NCBI GenBank assembly: GCA_963741945.1
Contig: CAVUKA010000004.1
Coordinates: forward strand, 192,001 to 256,000
Reading direction: 5' to 3'
Length of the DNA: 64,000 nt
Source: an uncultured Gemmatimonadales bacterium
GTDB lineage: Bacteria; Gemmatimonadota; Gemmatimonadetes; Longimicrobiales; RSA9
The position numbers and the translations under genes are program-made. The notes under the pieces were generated by a model that worked only from the letters and a program-made list of their open reading frames with translations, had not been told where the DNA came from and did not search any database. This document shows positions 27,979-38,245 of the stretch, in pieces. Positions within the stretch are counted from its first letter, which is position 1. Each line of letters opens with the position of its first letter.

Positions 27979-28449
27979 ATGGATACGACGACGCTTGTGA
28001 AGGAGATGCAGGGCATGCGCGAAGGCGGCTATCTGGCCGACCCGATTCTGCGCAAGGCCGTGAAGACGCTGGAAGCCGCGGACGACCGGTTCAACTGGGT
28101 GGGCATCTACCTGATGAAGGAGAACGAGGACAAGATCTGGCTGCACAACTATGTGGGCATGCCCACCGAGCATTCCCTGATCGAGGTGGGGCAGGGTGTC
28201 TGCGGCACGGCCGTAGCCGAGAAGGCGAACCAGGTCGTGCAGGACGTCAGCGAGGTGGAAAACTACCTGGCGTGCAGTCCCAAGGTGAAGTCCGAGATGG
28301 TGGTCCTGATCCGCGCGGGCGACGAGATCCTGGGGCAGATCGACATCGACAGCCACCAGAAGGCTGCATTCACGGAAGAGGATGAGGCTGCCGTGCAGCT
28401 CGTCGCCGACAAGCTCGCCGAAGTCATCATGCACGAGCGGCACAGCTGA
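27979..28449 (+). CDS. GAF domain protein (free methionine-R-sulfoxide reductase-like)
   Basis: NWVGIY, GQGVCGTA, YLACS, SE.VV, DIDS. Confidence 0.85.
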   Translation: MDTTTLVKEMQGMREGGYLADPILRKAVKTLEAADDRFNWVGIYLMKENEDKIWLHNYVGMPTEHSLIEVGQGVCGTAVAEKANQVVQDVSEVENYLACSPKVKSEMVVLIRAGDEILGQIDIDSHQKAAFTEEDEAAVQLVADKLAEVIMHERHS

Positions 28450-28456
28450 CGCGGCC

Positions 28457-29218
28457 ATGCTCAGGACGGTCCTTGCGCCGAATGCGTCAGCGCTGACGCT
28501 GGACGGCACCCGGACCTACATCGTGGGCCAGGTCCGGGTCGCGATCATTGATCCTGGCTCGGCCGGGTCCGGCCACCTCGAGGCCATTGTCCGGACCATC
28601 GGGGATGCGGAGGTCGTCGCCATCCTCGTGACGCACGCCCACTCCGACCACGTCGATGGTGCCGACGAGCTGGCGGAGCACTACGGCGCGCCCGTTCGCA
28701 TGGAGAAGCGGCGGACATTGTGCGACGGCGCGGCCACGGCCACCGACGCAGGGGGCCTCCTCGCCGTCGTGACACCCGGGCACACCACCGACCACGTGGC
28801 GTTCCACTGGCCGGCGGAGTCGGCCGTGTTTTGCGGCGACCTCATGATGGGGGGAGAGGACACGGCACTCGTGGCTCCGCCAGAAGGCCGTCTGGGGCCG
28901 TATCTCGCCTCGCTCGAGCGCATCCGGGCGCTGAAGCCGCGCGTGATCTATCCCGGCCATGGCCCGGCGTTCCAGAACCCGGACCAGGCGCTCGACCGTT
29001 ACGTCCGCCACCGCGAGCTTCGCCTGGAGCAGGTCATGCGCGCGCTCGGATCGGGCGCGGCGACGCCGGAGGAGCTGGTCACGGCCGTGTACGGCTCCGA
29101 GCTCGAGCCGGTCCTGCGTGCGGCGGCCGTGGCAGCGCTGAAAGCGTACCTGGAGTACCTGCAGGGGCAGGGCCGCATCCGGCGCTCGGGCGGTAGTTGG
29201 GAGCTGACGCGTCGATGA
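28457..29218 (+). CDS. MBL-fold metallo-hydrolase
   Basis: THAHSDH, TPGHT.DH, GD, PGHGP. Confidence 0.9.
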   Translation: MLRTVLAPNASALTLDGTRTYIVGQVRVAIIDPGSAGSGHLEAIVRTIGDAEVVAILVTHAHSDHVDGADELAEHYGAPVRMEKRRTLCDGAATATDAGGLLAVVTPGHTTDHVAFHWPAESAVFCGDLMMGGEDTALVAPPEGRLGPYLASLERIRALKPRVIYPGHGPAFQNPDQALDRYVRHRELRLEQVMRALGSGAATPEELVTAVYGSELEPVLRAAAVAALKAYLEYLQGQGRIRRSGGSWELTRR

Positions 29219-30348
29219 CTGTGGCCGCCGGGCGACCGAGCGACGCAGACAGCGTCATCCTCGCCCGTCTGCGGACGCTCGTCGAGCTGGAATCGCCTTC
29301 CGGCGACGAGGCGCGGCTGCGTGCGCTCGCCGCCCACCTTGCCGGGGAGTTGCGCGCCGTGGGTGCCGAAGTGGAGCGGGTCGACGCACCCGGCGTGGGC
29401 GAGCACGTCGTCGCCCGAGTCCCCGGGGAGCAGGCCGAGCTCCCGCCAGTGATGATTCTCGGCCACTTCGACACCGTGCACCCCGTGGGCTCGTTCTCGC
29501 CCCTCTTTTCGGTGGCCGACGGCGTGGTCCGTGGCGCCGGCGTGTTCGACATGAAGGGGGGGATCGCGTGCGTGCTCGAAGCGCTCACCGCGCTCGCGAG
29601 ATCCGGACGGCGGCCCCGGCGCCCGGTCGTGCTGCTGCTCACGTGCGATGAGGAGACGGGATCGGATACTTCACGCGAGCTGATCGAGTCGCTGGGGCGC
29701 GCGGCGTCGGCCGTGCTGGTGCTGGAGCCTCCGCTCGAGGGCGGTGCCGCCAAGACGCGTCGGAAGGGCGTCTCCTGGTATCGCGTCGCCATCACCGGCA
29801 GGCAGGCCCACGCCGGGCTCGCCCCCGGGCGGGGCGTGAACGCCGCCGTGGAGCTGGCGCACCAGATCCTGGCCATGGCGGACCTGGCCGATCCGCGAGC
29901 CAGGACTACAGTTTCGGTGACGGAGATCGGAGGCGGCAGCGCGTCCAACGTCATCCCGGCCTCGGCGTGGGCGATTCTCGACGTCCGCTTCGACAGTGCG
30001 GCGGAAGCGGAGCGGGTGGAGGAATCGCTGATGGCCCTCGATCCCGTCCATCCGGAGGCACACGTGAGCGTTTCGGGCGGGGTGAACCGGCCGCCGCTGG
30101 AGCGCACCCCGGAGATTGCGGCGTTGCTGGAGCAGGCGCGCGCCCTGGCGGAAGAGGACGGCTGGACGCTCGGTGAAGGATCCGCCGGCGGTGCCAGCGA
30201 CGGCTGCTATACCGGCGCGCTAGGCGTCGCGACGCTGGATGGCCTGGGCCCGGCCGGCGGGGGTGCGCACACGCTCGAGGAGCACGTGGTGACCGCCGAC
30301 CTGGAACGCAGGGTGTCGCTGTATGCCGGCCTGCTGCGAGCGCTATGA
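29215..30348 (+). CDS. M20 family peptidase / desuccinylase
   Basis: GHFDTV, DMKGG, DEETG, GASDG, GAHT. Confidence 0.9.
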   Translation: MTVAAGRPSDADSVILARLRTLVELESPSGDEARLRALAAHLAGELRAVGAEVERVDAPGVGEHVVARVPGEQAELPPVMILGHFDTVHPVGSFSPLFSVADGVVRGAGVFDMKGGIACVLEALTALARSGRRPRRPVVLLLTCDEETGSDTSRELIESLGRAASAVLVLEPPLEGGAAKTRRKGVSWYRVAITGRQAHAGLAPGRGVNAAVELAHQILAMADLADPRARTTVSVTEIGGGSASNVIPASAWAILDVRFDSAAEAERVEESLMALDPVHPEAHVSVSGGVNRPPLERTPEIAALLEQARALAEEDGWTLGEGSAGGASDGCYTGALGVATLDGLGPAGGGAHTLEEHVVTADLERRVSLYAGLLRAL

Positions 30349-31166
30349 AGGACCTGATGATCCGTCCGCTGGAAGGACTCGAGGAGCGGGAGGCGTGCGT
30401 CGAGCTGCAGCGCTGCACGTGGGGCCGCGACTTCTCCGACCGGGTTCCACCGTCGATCCTGATGCTGGCGCAGGAGCTGGGCGGTGTCGCCAGCGGGGCG
30501 TTCCTCGGCGACCGGCTGGTCGGATTCGTGTTCGGGATAACCGGCGTCCTGGACGGAGAGGTCACTCACTGGTCCGACATGCTCGCCGTGGATCCGGAAC
30601 TCCGTGGTCACGGCATCGGCCGGAAACTCAAGCTTCACCAGAGGGAGCTGTTGCTGGGGCGAGGGACCCGGCGGATGGTGTGGACCTTCGACCCGCTCGA
30701 GTCGAGGAACGCGCACCTGAATCTGCATCGACTCGGGGCTACCGCCCGTACGTATCGCCGCGACTTCTATGGCGCGTCCGACTCCCCGCTGCACGCGGGC
30801 ATCGGCACGGACCGGCTCCTGTGTGAATGGGACCTCGCCTCCGACCTCGTGACCAGCCGCCTGTCCGGCGACGCACCGCGCCCCGCCCGAAAGCCCGACG
30901 TGATCCTGAATCCCACAGCCGATTGCGCCGGCGCATTCCCGAACCCGGGGCGGGACCTGGATGGGCCACGAGGGGAGCGGATCGGTGTCCTCATCCCGCG
31001 GGACATCCAGGCGCTGAAAGCGGCGGATCCGTCCCTGGCTTTCGCGTGGCGGGAGAACGTCCGAGCCGCGCTGGAGCTGGCGTTTCGCGAAGGTTACGTC
31101 GCAGTGGACTTCGCTTCGTCCGGCGACGTGGGGGAGTTCGTGCTCGCCGCCGGCTTGTCCCTGTAG
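30345..31166 (+). CDS. GNAT family acyltransferase (D-amino acid N-succinyltransferase-like)
   Basis: LRGHGIGRKLKLHQR, WTFDPLESRNAHLN, TDRL; lies between the M20 and OSBS/NSAR genes. Confidence 0.8.
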   Translation: MKDLMIRPLEGLEEREACVELQRCTWGRDFSDRVPPSILMLAQELGGVASGAFLGDRLVGFVFGITGVLDGEVTHWSDMLAVDPELRGHGIGRKLKLHQRELLLGRGTRRMVWTFDPLESRNAHLNLHRLGATARTYRRDFYGASDSPLHAGIGTDRLLCEWDLASDLVTSRLSGDAPRPARKPDVILNPTADCAGAFPNPGRDLDGPRGERIGVLIPRDIQALKAADPSLAFAWRENVRAALELAFREGYVAVDFASSGDVGEFVLAAGLSL

Positions 31167-33130
31167 AGGGCGGCGTCGGCATTGCGCAGGAGCTCTTCGG
31201 CGTTGGCGAGGTGGTCGGCGTAGGGCGCGATGCCGGCCGAGACCAGGAGCTCACCCTGCCCGAGCTTGCGAAGCGCTTCGGCGAACCGCGAGCGCACACG
31301 CTCTACGAAGATTTCCGCACCTTCGGCGCTGCTGTCGGACAGCAGCGCCACGAACTCGTCCCCGCCATAGCGTGCGGCAAGGTTCATGGTCCGCGTCTCG
31401 TCGCGCAGCGCGCGACCGAAGGCGGCCAGTGCCTCATCGCCCGCGAGATGTCCATAGGTGTCGTTGTACGCCTTGAACGTGTCCAGGTCGAACATGACCG
31501 CCACCAGCCGACGTCCGCGCCGCGCCGCCGCAAACTCGCGTTCCATTTCACGTTGCAGCTGCCGTCGGTTCGCCAACCCCGTGAGCGGATCCGTGATGGA
31601 CAGCGTCCGAACCTGCTCGAACAGCCGCGCCGTCTTGATCCCTATGCCCGCCTGTTCCGCCATGGCCCCGAGGAGATGCAGCTCCTCCGGCTCGAACGGG
31701 TCGCTGCGGATGCAGGTGAACAGGGCCCCGAACGTCTGCTCCCGGAACTGGATCGGCGCCGCCGCCACGGGCCACCGCCCGAGGAAGGCCAGGCTCTCCG
31801 GCTGGATGTATGGGTCCCGCGTCGGATCCACCGTGGCACGCGGCTCCCCGTGAAGGACCACCCAACCGGTGAAGCTTCCCTCGAGCGGGAATCGGAGCCC
31901 GACCACGTCCTCGGGCATGCCCACCACGGCCCGCGTCTCGAGCGTTCGGCCGTCCTCGGTCAGCAGCTCGATCCCTGCCGCACGCGTGCCGAATACGCGC
32001 CTGGCCGCCTCGGATATGACCGTCAGGATCGCGTCCAGGTCGGTGGTGCCCGCGAGTGAGTGCGAAACGTCCACGAGTGCCTGTGTGTGCGCCAGCTGAC
32101 GGCGGTGATCCGCTCCCCGCTCCACTTCTTTCAGCGCCTGCGCCGTGCGGAAGGCGAGAAGCAGCGTCAGGACGGCCATGGCACCCAGCGTGGGCACGCT
32201 CGCGGCTCCCCGGATGGCCACGTCCAGGGCCATCCCACCGAGGAGGAGCGAGACGCCGGGAACGATCATGCTGCGCACCAGATCGTGCGCCCGACGTCCC
32301 ATGAGCATCGCCGAGGCCGTGGGCGCCTGACCTCGGGCACGGTACCCGGCTGCGCCGAAAAGCAGCCACCCTGCCATCCACGCAACGTCGAACCCATCCC
32401 CCATACGGAGCGGATGCGCTTCGAGGCCGGGGGTGGAGAGGAGCGTCGTCGCACCGAACACGGCCGTGGCCAGGAAAAGGAGCACAGCCGACGAGGAGCT
32501 CAGCGTCGACGTACCGCGCAGAAGGACGAGGGCAGCGACGAGGGCGGGCACGACCACGATCGTGTGGGCGACCGCGAGCGTGGCCAGCTCGGCATGCGAA
32601 GCTCCGTCGGAAAGGAGTGGCTCCACGCCCAGCCGCAGCGTGACCACCAGCGCAGCCATCAGAAGGAGCGCCGCGTCAGCCCGCAGTCCGGGCGCCCAGA
32701 CGCTCCGCCTGCGCTGACCCATCGCCAGCACCGCTCCCGCCGCGATCAGGATGTTCGGAACGAGAAAAACATAGAGCGCCAGCGGGGCGCCGGCCTCGGA
32801 CCAGACATACCTCTCGTACAGCGCGAGCATCTCGCCAGCCACGGCCACCGCGCCGGCGCCGGCGAACACCAGGAACGCCACACGCGGACGCGACAACGCT
32901 CGGCGGGCGGCGTACGCCCACCCGACGGTTCCGACCAGTGGCGCCAGCACCCGGGGCAGCGACCGGATCGGCGGCGCCCCGGCGCGCACGATGAGCACCG
33001 GGATGCAGGCGATGGCCACGACCATGAGGCCGAGGAGCCACCATGGGACCCTCGTTGCTGCTCGCTCCCTCACGCGCACGGCGCCACTGTTCAGGAATTC
33101 ACGTCGGGGTGTCAATAGGTCCACCCCCAT
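31094..33130 (-). CDS. membrane sensor + GAF + GGDEF diguanylate cyclase
   Basis: Multiple TMs, GAF-like region, TDPLTGLANRR, DLDTFKAYNDTYGH.AGD, RYGGDEF. Confidence 0.93.
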   Translation of the reverse strand: MGVDLLTPRREFLNSGAVRVRERAATRVPWWLLGLMVVAIACIPVLIVRAGAPPIRSLPRVLAPLVGTVGWAYAARRALSRPRVAFLVFAGAGAVAVAGEMLALYERYVWSEAGAPLALYVFLVPNILIAAGAVLAMGQRRRSVWAPGLRADAALLLMAALVVTLRLGVEPLLSDGASHAELATLAVAHTIVVVPALVAALVLLRGTSTLSSSSAVLLFLATAVFGATTLLSTPGLEAHPLRMGDGFDVAWMAGWLLFGAAGYRARGQAPTASAMLMGRRAHDLVRSMIVPGVSLLLGGMALDVAIRGAASVPTLGAMAVLTLLLAFRTAQALKEVERGADHRRQLAHTQALVDVSHSLAGTTDLDAILTVISEAARRVFGTRAAGIELLTEDGRTLETRAVVGMPEDVVGLRFPLEGSFTGWVVLHGEPRATVDPTRDPYIQPESLAFLGRWPVAAAPIQFREQTFGALFTCIRSDPFEPEELHLLGAMAEQAGIGIKTARLFEQVRTLSITDPLTGLANRRQLQREMEREFAAARRGRRLVAVMFDLDTFKAYNDTYGHLAGDEALAAFGRALRDETRTMNLAARYGGDEFVALLSDSSAEGAEIFVERVRSRFAEALRKLGQGELLVSAGIAPYADHLANAEELLRNADAALYRDKPAASTNSPTSPDEAKSTAT

Positions 33131-33235
33131 GATGCCCTTCCTGGCCTTCTCTTGTACGTTGACCCGGGAGATCGTGGGGAGGGTCCGGAAGTTTGCCCAA
33201 AGTATCCCATCGGCCGCGTTGATTCAAGGATATTC

Positions 33236-34345
33236 ATGCGCATTGAGCGAATTTGCCTCCGCACCATTCGGCTGCGTCTCCGTGAACCGTTCCGCATCTC
33301 GTCGGGAGTGACGCACGAGCGGACGATTCTGCTGGCCTTCGTGGATTTCGGCGGTCTGGAAGGAATGGCGGAGTGCGTGGCCGGGGAGGCTCCCATCTAC
33401 ACGGCGGAGACCATCGAGACCGCGCGCTGGGTCATCGAGCGGCACCTGGCGCCCGCGGTGATCGGTGCGGAATTCGACGGTCCGCGGGAGCTCTGGTCGC
33501 TGCTGGAACGGACGGCACGGGGCCACCTCATGGCGAAGGCCGCTCTGGAGATGGCGGCCTGGGATGCCGACGCAAGAGCGCGTGGAATGCCGCTGGCGCG
33601 GGCGCTGGGAGGTCGGTCCGGGTCCGTCGCGGCCGGCGTCAGCATCGGGATCCAGGCGGACCTCCCCTCCCTCGTCCGGCGCGTGGCGGGATTCGTCGAG
33701 CAGGGCTACCGTCGCGTGAAGCTGAAGATCGCCCCGGGGAGAGACGTTTCCGCACTGGAGGCGGTGCGGAGCGAGTTTCCGAACGTGCCGCTGACCGTGG
33801 ACGCCAACAGCGCATACGGCCCCGACGATCTCGACCATCTGGCCGGACTGGATCGCTACGATCTGCAATTGATCGAGCAGCCGTTTCGAGAGGACGCCCT
33901 GCTCCTGCACGCTCGTCTGCAGGAGCGCATGCGTACACCCGTGTGCCTCGACGAGAGCATCACCTCACCCGAGCGGTGCAGCGAAGCGCTGGAGCTCGGG
34001 GCATGCCGGGCGGTGAACATAAAGCCCGGGCGACTGGGCGGGCACACGCCCTCACTCCGCGTCCACGACCTCTGCCGCGATGCGGGCGTGCCCGTCTGGT
34101 GCGGCGGAATGCTGGAGTCCGGGATCGGCCGCGCGCACAATGTTGCGCTGGCCACCCTGCCCAACATGCTGCTTCCGGGCGACACATCCGCCAGCGATCG
34201 GTACTGGGACCGGGACGTCGTCGATCCCCCGTTCCGCCTCGCCGCCGACGGGACAGTCGCGGTACCGGATGGGGTTGGAATCGGCGTGGCCCTCGATGAG
34301 TCGTTCCTGGCGGAAATCGAATCGAACCGGGTCGACCTGGTCTAG
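33236..34345 (+). CDS. menC: o-succinylbenzoate synthase / N-succinylamino acid racemase (enolase superfamily)
   Basis: KLK, DAN, IEQP, LDES, NIKPGR, WCGGMLE, PGD. Confidence 0.88.
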   Translation: MRIERICLRTIRLRLREPFRISSGVTHERTILLAFVDFGGLEGMAECVAGEAPIYTAETIETARWVIERHLAPAVIGAEFDGPRELWSLLERTARGHLMAKAALEMAAWDADARARGMPLARALGGRSGSVAAGVSIGIQADLPSLVRRVAGFVEQGYRRVKLKIAPGRDVSALEAVRSEFPNVPLTVDANSAYGPDDLDHLAGLDRYDLQLIEQPFREDALLLHARLQERMRTPVCLDESITSPERCSEALELGACRAVNIKPGRLGGHTPSLRVHDLCRDAGVPVWCGGMLESGIGRAHNVALATLPNMLLPGDTSASDRYWDRDVVDPPFRLAADGTVAVPDGVGIGVALDESFLAEIESNRVDLV

Positions 34346-34399
34346 CTCGGAAGGGAGGGAAGTTGGGACGGCGGTCCCTTGTCGCCGGTCGGGCGGATC

Positions 34400-35836
34400 T
34401 CAGGTCGCGAGTTCTTCCGCGGCCGCCGCGCGCAAGAGCTCCCACGCCCGGCGGACATGGGCTTCCGTGGTTCGCAGGTTCCCGATAGCGATCCGTATGG
34501 CGTACAGCCCACGGACTTTCGTGTGGGACATGAACACCTCGCCGCTGGCGTTCACCCGGTCCAGGATGCGCTCGTTGAGCGCGTTGAGGGCATCCTCTTC
34601 CATTGCCGCGGGGCGGCAGTGGAACGCCACGACGGAGAAGTGGCTGGGAGCCAAACGGTGGAAGAGCGGATCGTCGTCGACCCAGTCGGCGAAGAGCCGC
34701 GCGAGGCGGACATGCTCCCGGAGCGCTTCCACGATCCCGCTCCGGCCGAAGTAGCGCAGCACGAACCAGAGCTTGAGGGAGCGGAAGCGGCGGCCGAGGG
34801 CAACCCCGTAATCCATCAGGTTGGTGACCCCTGTCTCGGCGGTCCGCAGGTATTCCGGCGTGAGGCTGAATGCCTGGCGCAGCACTTCCGGGTGGCGGGT
34901 GTAGGCCGCGGAGCAGTCCACGGGCACGAACATCCACTTGTGCGGATTGACCACGAGTGAGTCCGCACGCGCGCTCCCGTCGAGTACGTATCGGAGCTCG
35001 GGAACCAGGGCCGCCGTTCCGCCGTACGCGGCGTCCACATGCAGCCACAGCCCTTCCCGCTCACAGATGTCCGCGATCTCAGGGACCGGATCCACCGCCG
35101 TGACACCGGTGGTCCCGACTGTGGCCACGACGGCCATGGGCTTGAAGCCGCGGGCGCGGTCCTGGGAGATGGCCTGACGGAGCGCTCCCGTGTCGAGGCG
35201 GAAGGCATGGTCGGAGGGGAGCCGAACGAGGTTCTCGGCGCCGAGCCCCAGCGCGATCACGGCCTTGTCCACGCTCGAATGGGCCTCCTCGGAGCAGTAG
35301 ACGCGAAGCCGGGGCACGTCCTCGCGGCCGGCGAGCCCTCGGGCACGGATGTCCAACCCGGCGGCCTCGCGGGCCGCTGCCAGGGCGTAGAAGGTGCTCG
35401 ACGACGCCGTGTCGTTGATCACGCCGTGGAACTCGCCGGGAAGCCCGAGCATGTCCCGCAGCCACCCAAGCGTCACTTCCTCCAGCTCCGTCTGGGCCGG
35501 CCCGCTACGCCACAACATGGCATTCACGTTGAGCGCCGCGGCGAGCGCTTCGCCGAGGATCCCGGGTGCCGAGCCCGTGATGCCGAAATAGGCGAAGAAG
35601 CCGGGATGGTTCCAGTGCGTGGTATTCGGCACGATCAGCCGATCGTAATCCGCCAGAATGGCATCGAACGGCTCGGGCTCTTCGGGCGCATGGGCGGGGA
35701 GGGCGGATCGGACATCGCCGGGGCGGAGCTCCGGCAGCACCCGAACGTCCTCGGGGTGTGCCAGATAGTCGGCGATGCGGTCGATGACGGCCCGACCGTA
35801 CCGCCGGAATTCGTCCGGATCCATGTCGCCGCGCAT
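34400..35836 (-). CDS. group II PLP-dependent (aromatic) amino acid decarboxylase
   Basis: THWNHP.FFAYF, AHSSVDKA, LHVDAAY, NPHKW, GRRFRSLKLW. Confidence 0.92.
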   Translation of the reverse strand: MRGDMDPDEFRRYGRAVIDRIADYLAHPEDVRVLPELRPGDVRSALPAHAPEEPEPFDAILADYDRLIVPNTTHWNHPGFFAYFGITGSAPGILGEALAAALNVNAMLWRSGPAQTELEEVTLGWLRDMLGLPGEFHGVINDTASSSTFYALAAAREAAGLDIRARGLAGREDVPRLRVYCSEEAHSSVDKAVIALGLGAENLVRLPSDHAFRLDTGALRQAISQDRARGFKPMAVVATVGTTGVTAVDPVPEIADICEREGLWLHVDAAYGGTAALVPELRYVLDGSARADSLVVNPHKWMFVPVDCSAAYTRHPEVLRQAFSLTPEYLRTAETGVTNLMDYGVALGRRFRSLKLWFVLRYFGRSGIVEALREHVRLARLFADWVDDDPLFHRLAPSHFSVVAFHCRPAAMEEDALNALNERILDRVNASGEVFMSHTKVRGLYAIRIAIGNLRTTEAHVRRAWELLRAAAAEELAT

Positions 35837-35972
35837 GAACGCGAAGGTAGGCGCGCGGGGCATCCGCGTCCACCGGAAGCTCCAGACCGGGCAGGCACGA
35901 AGACGCCCGGGGACCCCCACTTCCTGCCGCCGCAGCGCTTTACTCGTGCCCTCCATGGCGCGACTTTCGGGC

Positions 35973-37610
35973 ATGGATACGCGCGTTTCCCCGACCCGCC
36001 TCGCGACGCTCCTCGCCGCCGCCACGCTGATGGCCGCGTGCGGCATCCAGCGGCCCGGCGCTCCGACCCAGCCTTCGACCCCGAGCGGGGGGATCCCCGC
36101 GACCCCGGACACCGGTTCCGGGCGTGGACCCGAGGCCCCGCCGGCGCCGGAGCGGGTGGCCCGGCCGACATCCGGCGGGGCCGGAGCAATCGAGTCGGCG
36201 CCCCACGGGGAACCGGCCGGCGTGACTGCCGCTGCTTTCCGCGACGCGGGGCGCCTGGTGGACTCCCTCATGGCCACCCCGCCGCTGGGACGCGCGCACT
36301 GGGGCATAGCCGTCTACGATGCGATGACGGGGGAGCGGCTCCTGGTGCGGAACGAGGACGAGCTGTTCATCCCCGCATCGAACATGAAACTGGTGACCGT
36401 GGCGGCCGCGCTGGCGCGGCTCGGACCCGGCTACCGGTTCGAAACGCCCGTGTCCGCCTGGGACCTGTCCGGCGATTCGGCGGCCGGCCTCATCATCCGG
36501 GGTTCGGGGGACCCCACGTTCTCTGCGGCCTTCTACGACGACGCCGTGGCCCCGTTCGATTCCATGGCAGACTCGCTGGCCGCGGCAGGCCTCCGGCGTG
36601 TGGCGGGCCCCATCCTGGTGGATCAGTCCCGGTTCGACAGCGTTCTCGTCCACGGGGCCTGGGAGACGGGAGACCTTCTCTGGTACTACGCCGCGCCGGT
36701 GGCCGCGCTCGCATTCATGGAGGCCGCGTTCCCGCTGCTCGTCCGTCCCGGCGCAGTCGGCCACCGGGCCCACGCGTACACCCCGTATGCCGGCGCACCC
36801 GTGGTCCTCGACGCAGCTGTCGAGACCGCCAAGGGGAGCGCCGCCTGGAATGACCAGCTGGCATGGGTCCCGGGCACGGACACGCTGCGCGTTCGCGGCA
36901 GCATCGGAGGCGCGTCCGCAGTCGACCGGTCCATGCTGGCCCAGAACGATCCCGGCCTCTGGGCGGGACTGGCGTTCCGCTCTGCCCTCGAGCGCGCCGG
37001 CATCAGGGTCGCCGGGCCGGTGCTGGTCCGCTACACGGCTTCGGCGCCCGCGCCCGCTCATACCGTCACGGTATGGCGATCTCCGGCGCTCGTGGATATC
37101 CTCCCGCTCCCGCTGGCGCGCACGGACAACTGGGTCACGGAAATGATCCTCAAGGCCCTGGGCGCGGAGGCGGGGAAGGGAGGAACGTGGAGGGGCGGCA
37201 CGGCAGTGGCCGAGCAGTTCATGGTCGAGGACGTCGGCGTGGACCCGGGCGCGCTGTACATGCGCGACGGATCGGGCCTCGCCGCGCAGAACCTGATCAC
37301 TCCACGTGCACTCGCGACCCTTCTGCGATACGTTCGCAGCGCACCATGGGGCAGCGCATTTCGGGCCGCGATGGCCATGCCGGGAGACACGGCCGGGACG
37401 CTGGAGCGGCGGCTGCCGGGATTCCAGGGGCGAGTGGCGGCCAAGACGGGGACGATCACCCACGTCAACGCCCTCAGCGGTTACCTGACCACCGACGGCG
37501 GGCGGGAGCTGGTGTTCAGTATCCTGACGAATGCAGCGGCGCGCCCGGCCCGGGACGTTCGCGCCGCAATGGACAGGGTGGTGGAAGCACTACTCCGGAA
37601 CGAGAGCTGA
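35973..37610 (+). CDS. dacB: D-Ala-D-Ala carboxypeptidase/endopeptidase PBP4 (peptidase S13)
   Basis: Lipobox-like MAAC; PASNMK (SxxK), GDP, TDN (variant SxN), DGSGL, KTGT. Confidence 0.9.
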   Translation: MDTRVSPTRLATLLAAATLMAACGIQRPGAPTQPSTPSGGIPATPDTGSGRGPEAPPAPERVARPTSGGAGAIESAPHGEPAGVTAAAFRDAGRLVDSLMATPPLGRAHWGIAVYDAMTGERLLVRNEDELFIPASNMKLVTVAAALARLGPGYRFETPVSAWDLSGDSAAGLIIRGSGDPTFSAAFYDDAVAPFDSMADSLAAAGLRRVAGPILVDQSRFDSVLVHGAWETGDLLWYYAAPVAALAFMEAAFPLLVRPGAVGHRAHAYTPYAGAPVVLDAAVETAKGSAAWNDQLAWVPGTDTLRVRGSIGGASAVDRSMLAQNDPGLWAGLAFRSALERAGIRVAGPVLVRYTASAPAPAHTVTVWRSPALVDILPLPLARTDNWVTEMILKALGAEAGKGGTWRGGTAVAEQFMVEDVGVDPGALYMRDGSGLAAQNLITPRALATLLRYVRSAPWGSAFRAAMAMPGDTAGTLERRLPGFQGRVAAKTGTITHVNALSGYLTTDGGRELVFSILTNAAARPARDVRAAMDRVVEALLRNES

Positions 37611-37614
37611 AGAA

Positions 37615-38214
37615 ATGAACGGAACCACGCAGAGCGGATCAGGCAGCGCGCCCCGGAAGCGGGGCAGGGGATTGCTCCTGGCGTTCCTGGCCGTGCTCAT
37701 CGCCTTCGGGGCCGGCTATGGCTGGCAATGGTACGAGGGCCGATCGATTCGTGAGCAGCTCGACCGCACCGAGACGGAACTGCGCATCGAGCGTCTGCGG
37801 GTCGGCCTCGCCCAGGCAGCCGTCTCGGCGCAGTCCGGAGACTTCGAAGCCGCGCGGCGACAGATGAGCCAGTTCTTCACCCGCCTCCAGAACGAAGCCC
37901 CCAACCTGCCGCCGGACCTCGCCGCCTTCGCCACAGGCATCCTGGCCCGCCGCGACGACGTCATCACCGGACTCTCCCGCTCCAACGCCCAGTACGTAGG
38001 CGTGCTCCAGAGCATGCTCGACCGCTTCCAGACGGCGGCGCCCAGCACACCGCCCGCCGCGGCCGCGCCCACTCAGCCGGCCATCACCCCCGGTGCCGGC
38101 GAGGAGACCGGGCCACCCGCCACGGAGCCGCCCCCGTCCGCCACGGAGTCGACTCCGGTTCCGCCGCCCACCACGGTGCCGCCGACGGGCGACACCGGTG
38201 CCGGCATCCGGTGA
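37615..38214 (+). CDS. membrane-anchored hypothetical protein with Pro/Thr-rich tail
   Basis: N-terminal TM, helical domain, low-complexity C-terminus; 4 bp after dacB. Confidence 0.7.
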   Translation: MNGTTQSGSGSAPRKRGRGLLLAFLAVLIAFGAGYGWQWYEGRSIREQLDRTETELRIERLRVGLAQAAVSAQSGDFEAARRQMSQFFTRLQNEAPNLPPDLAAFATGILARRDDVITGLSRSNAQYVGVLQSMLDRFQTAAPSTPPAAAAPTQPAITPGAGEETGPPATEPPPSATESTPVPPPTTVPPTGDTGAGIR

Positions 38215-38245
38215 GCCCGTGCCGGACCCCTCGCGTCCTGAAAGG

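Noticed and set aside
33236-34345. Menaquinone biosynthesis locus
   Set aside because: No other men genes nearby; context favours an N-succinylamino acid racemase role.
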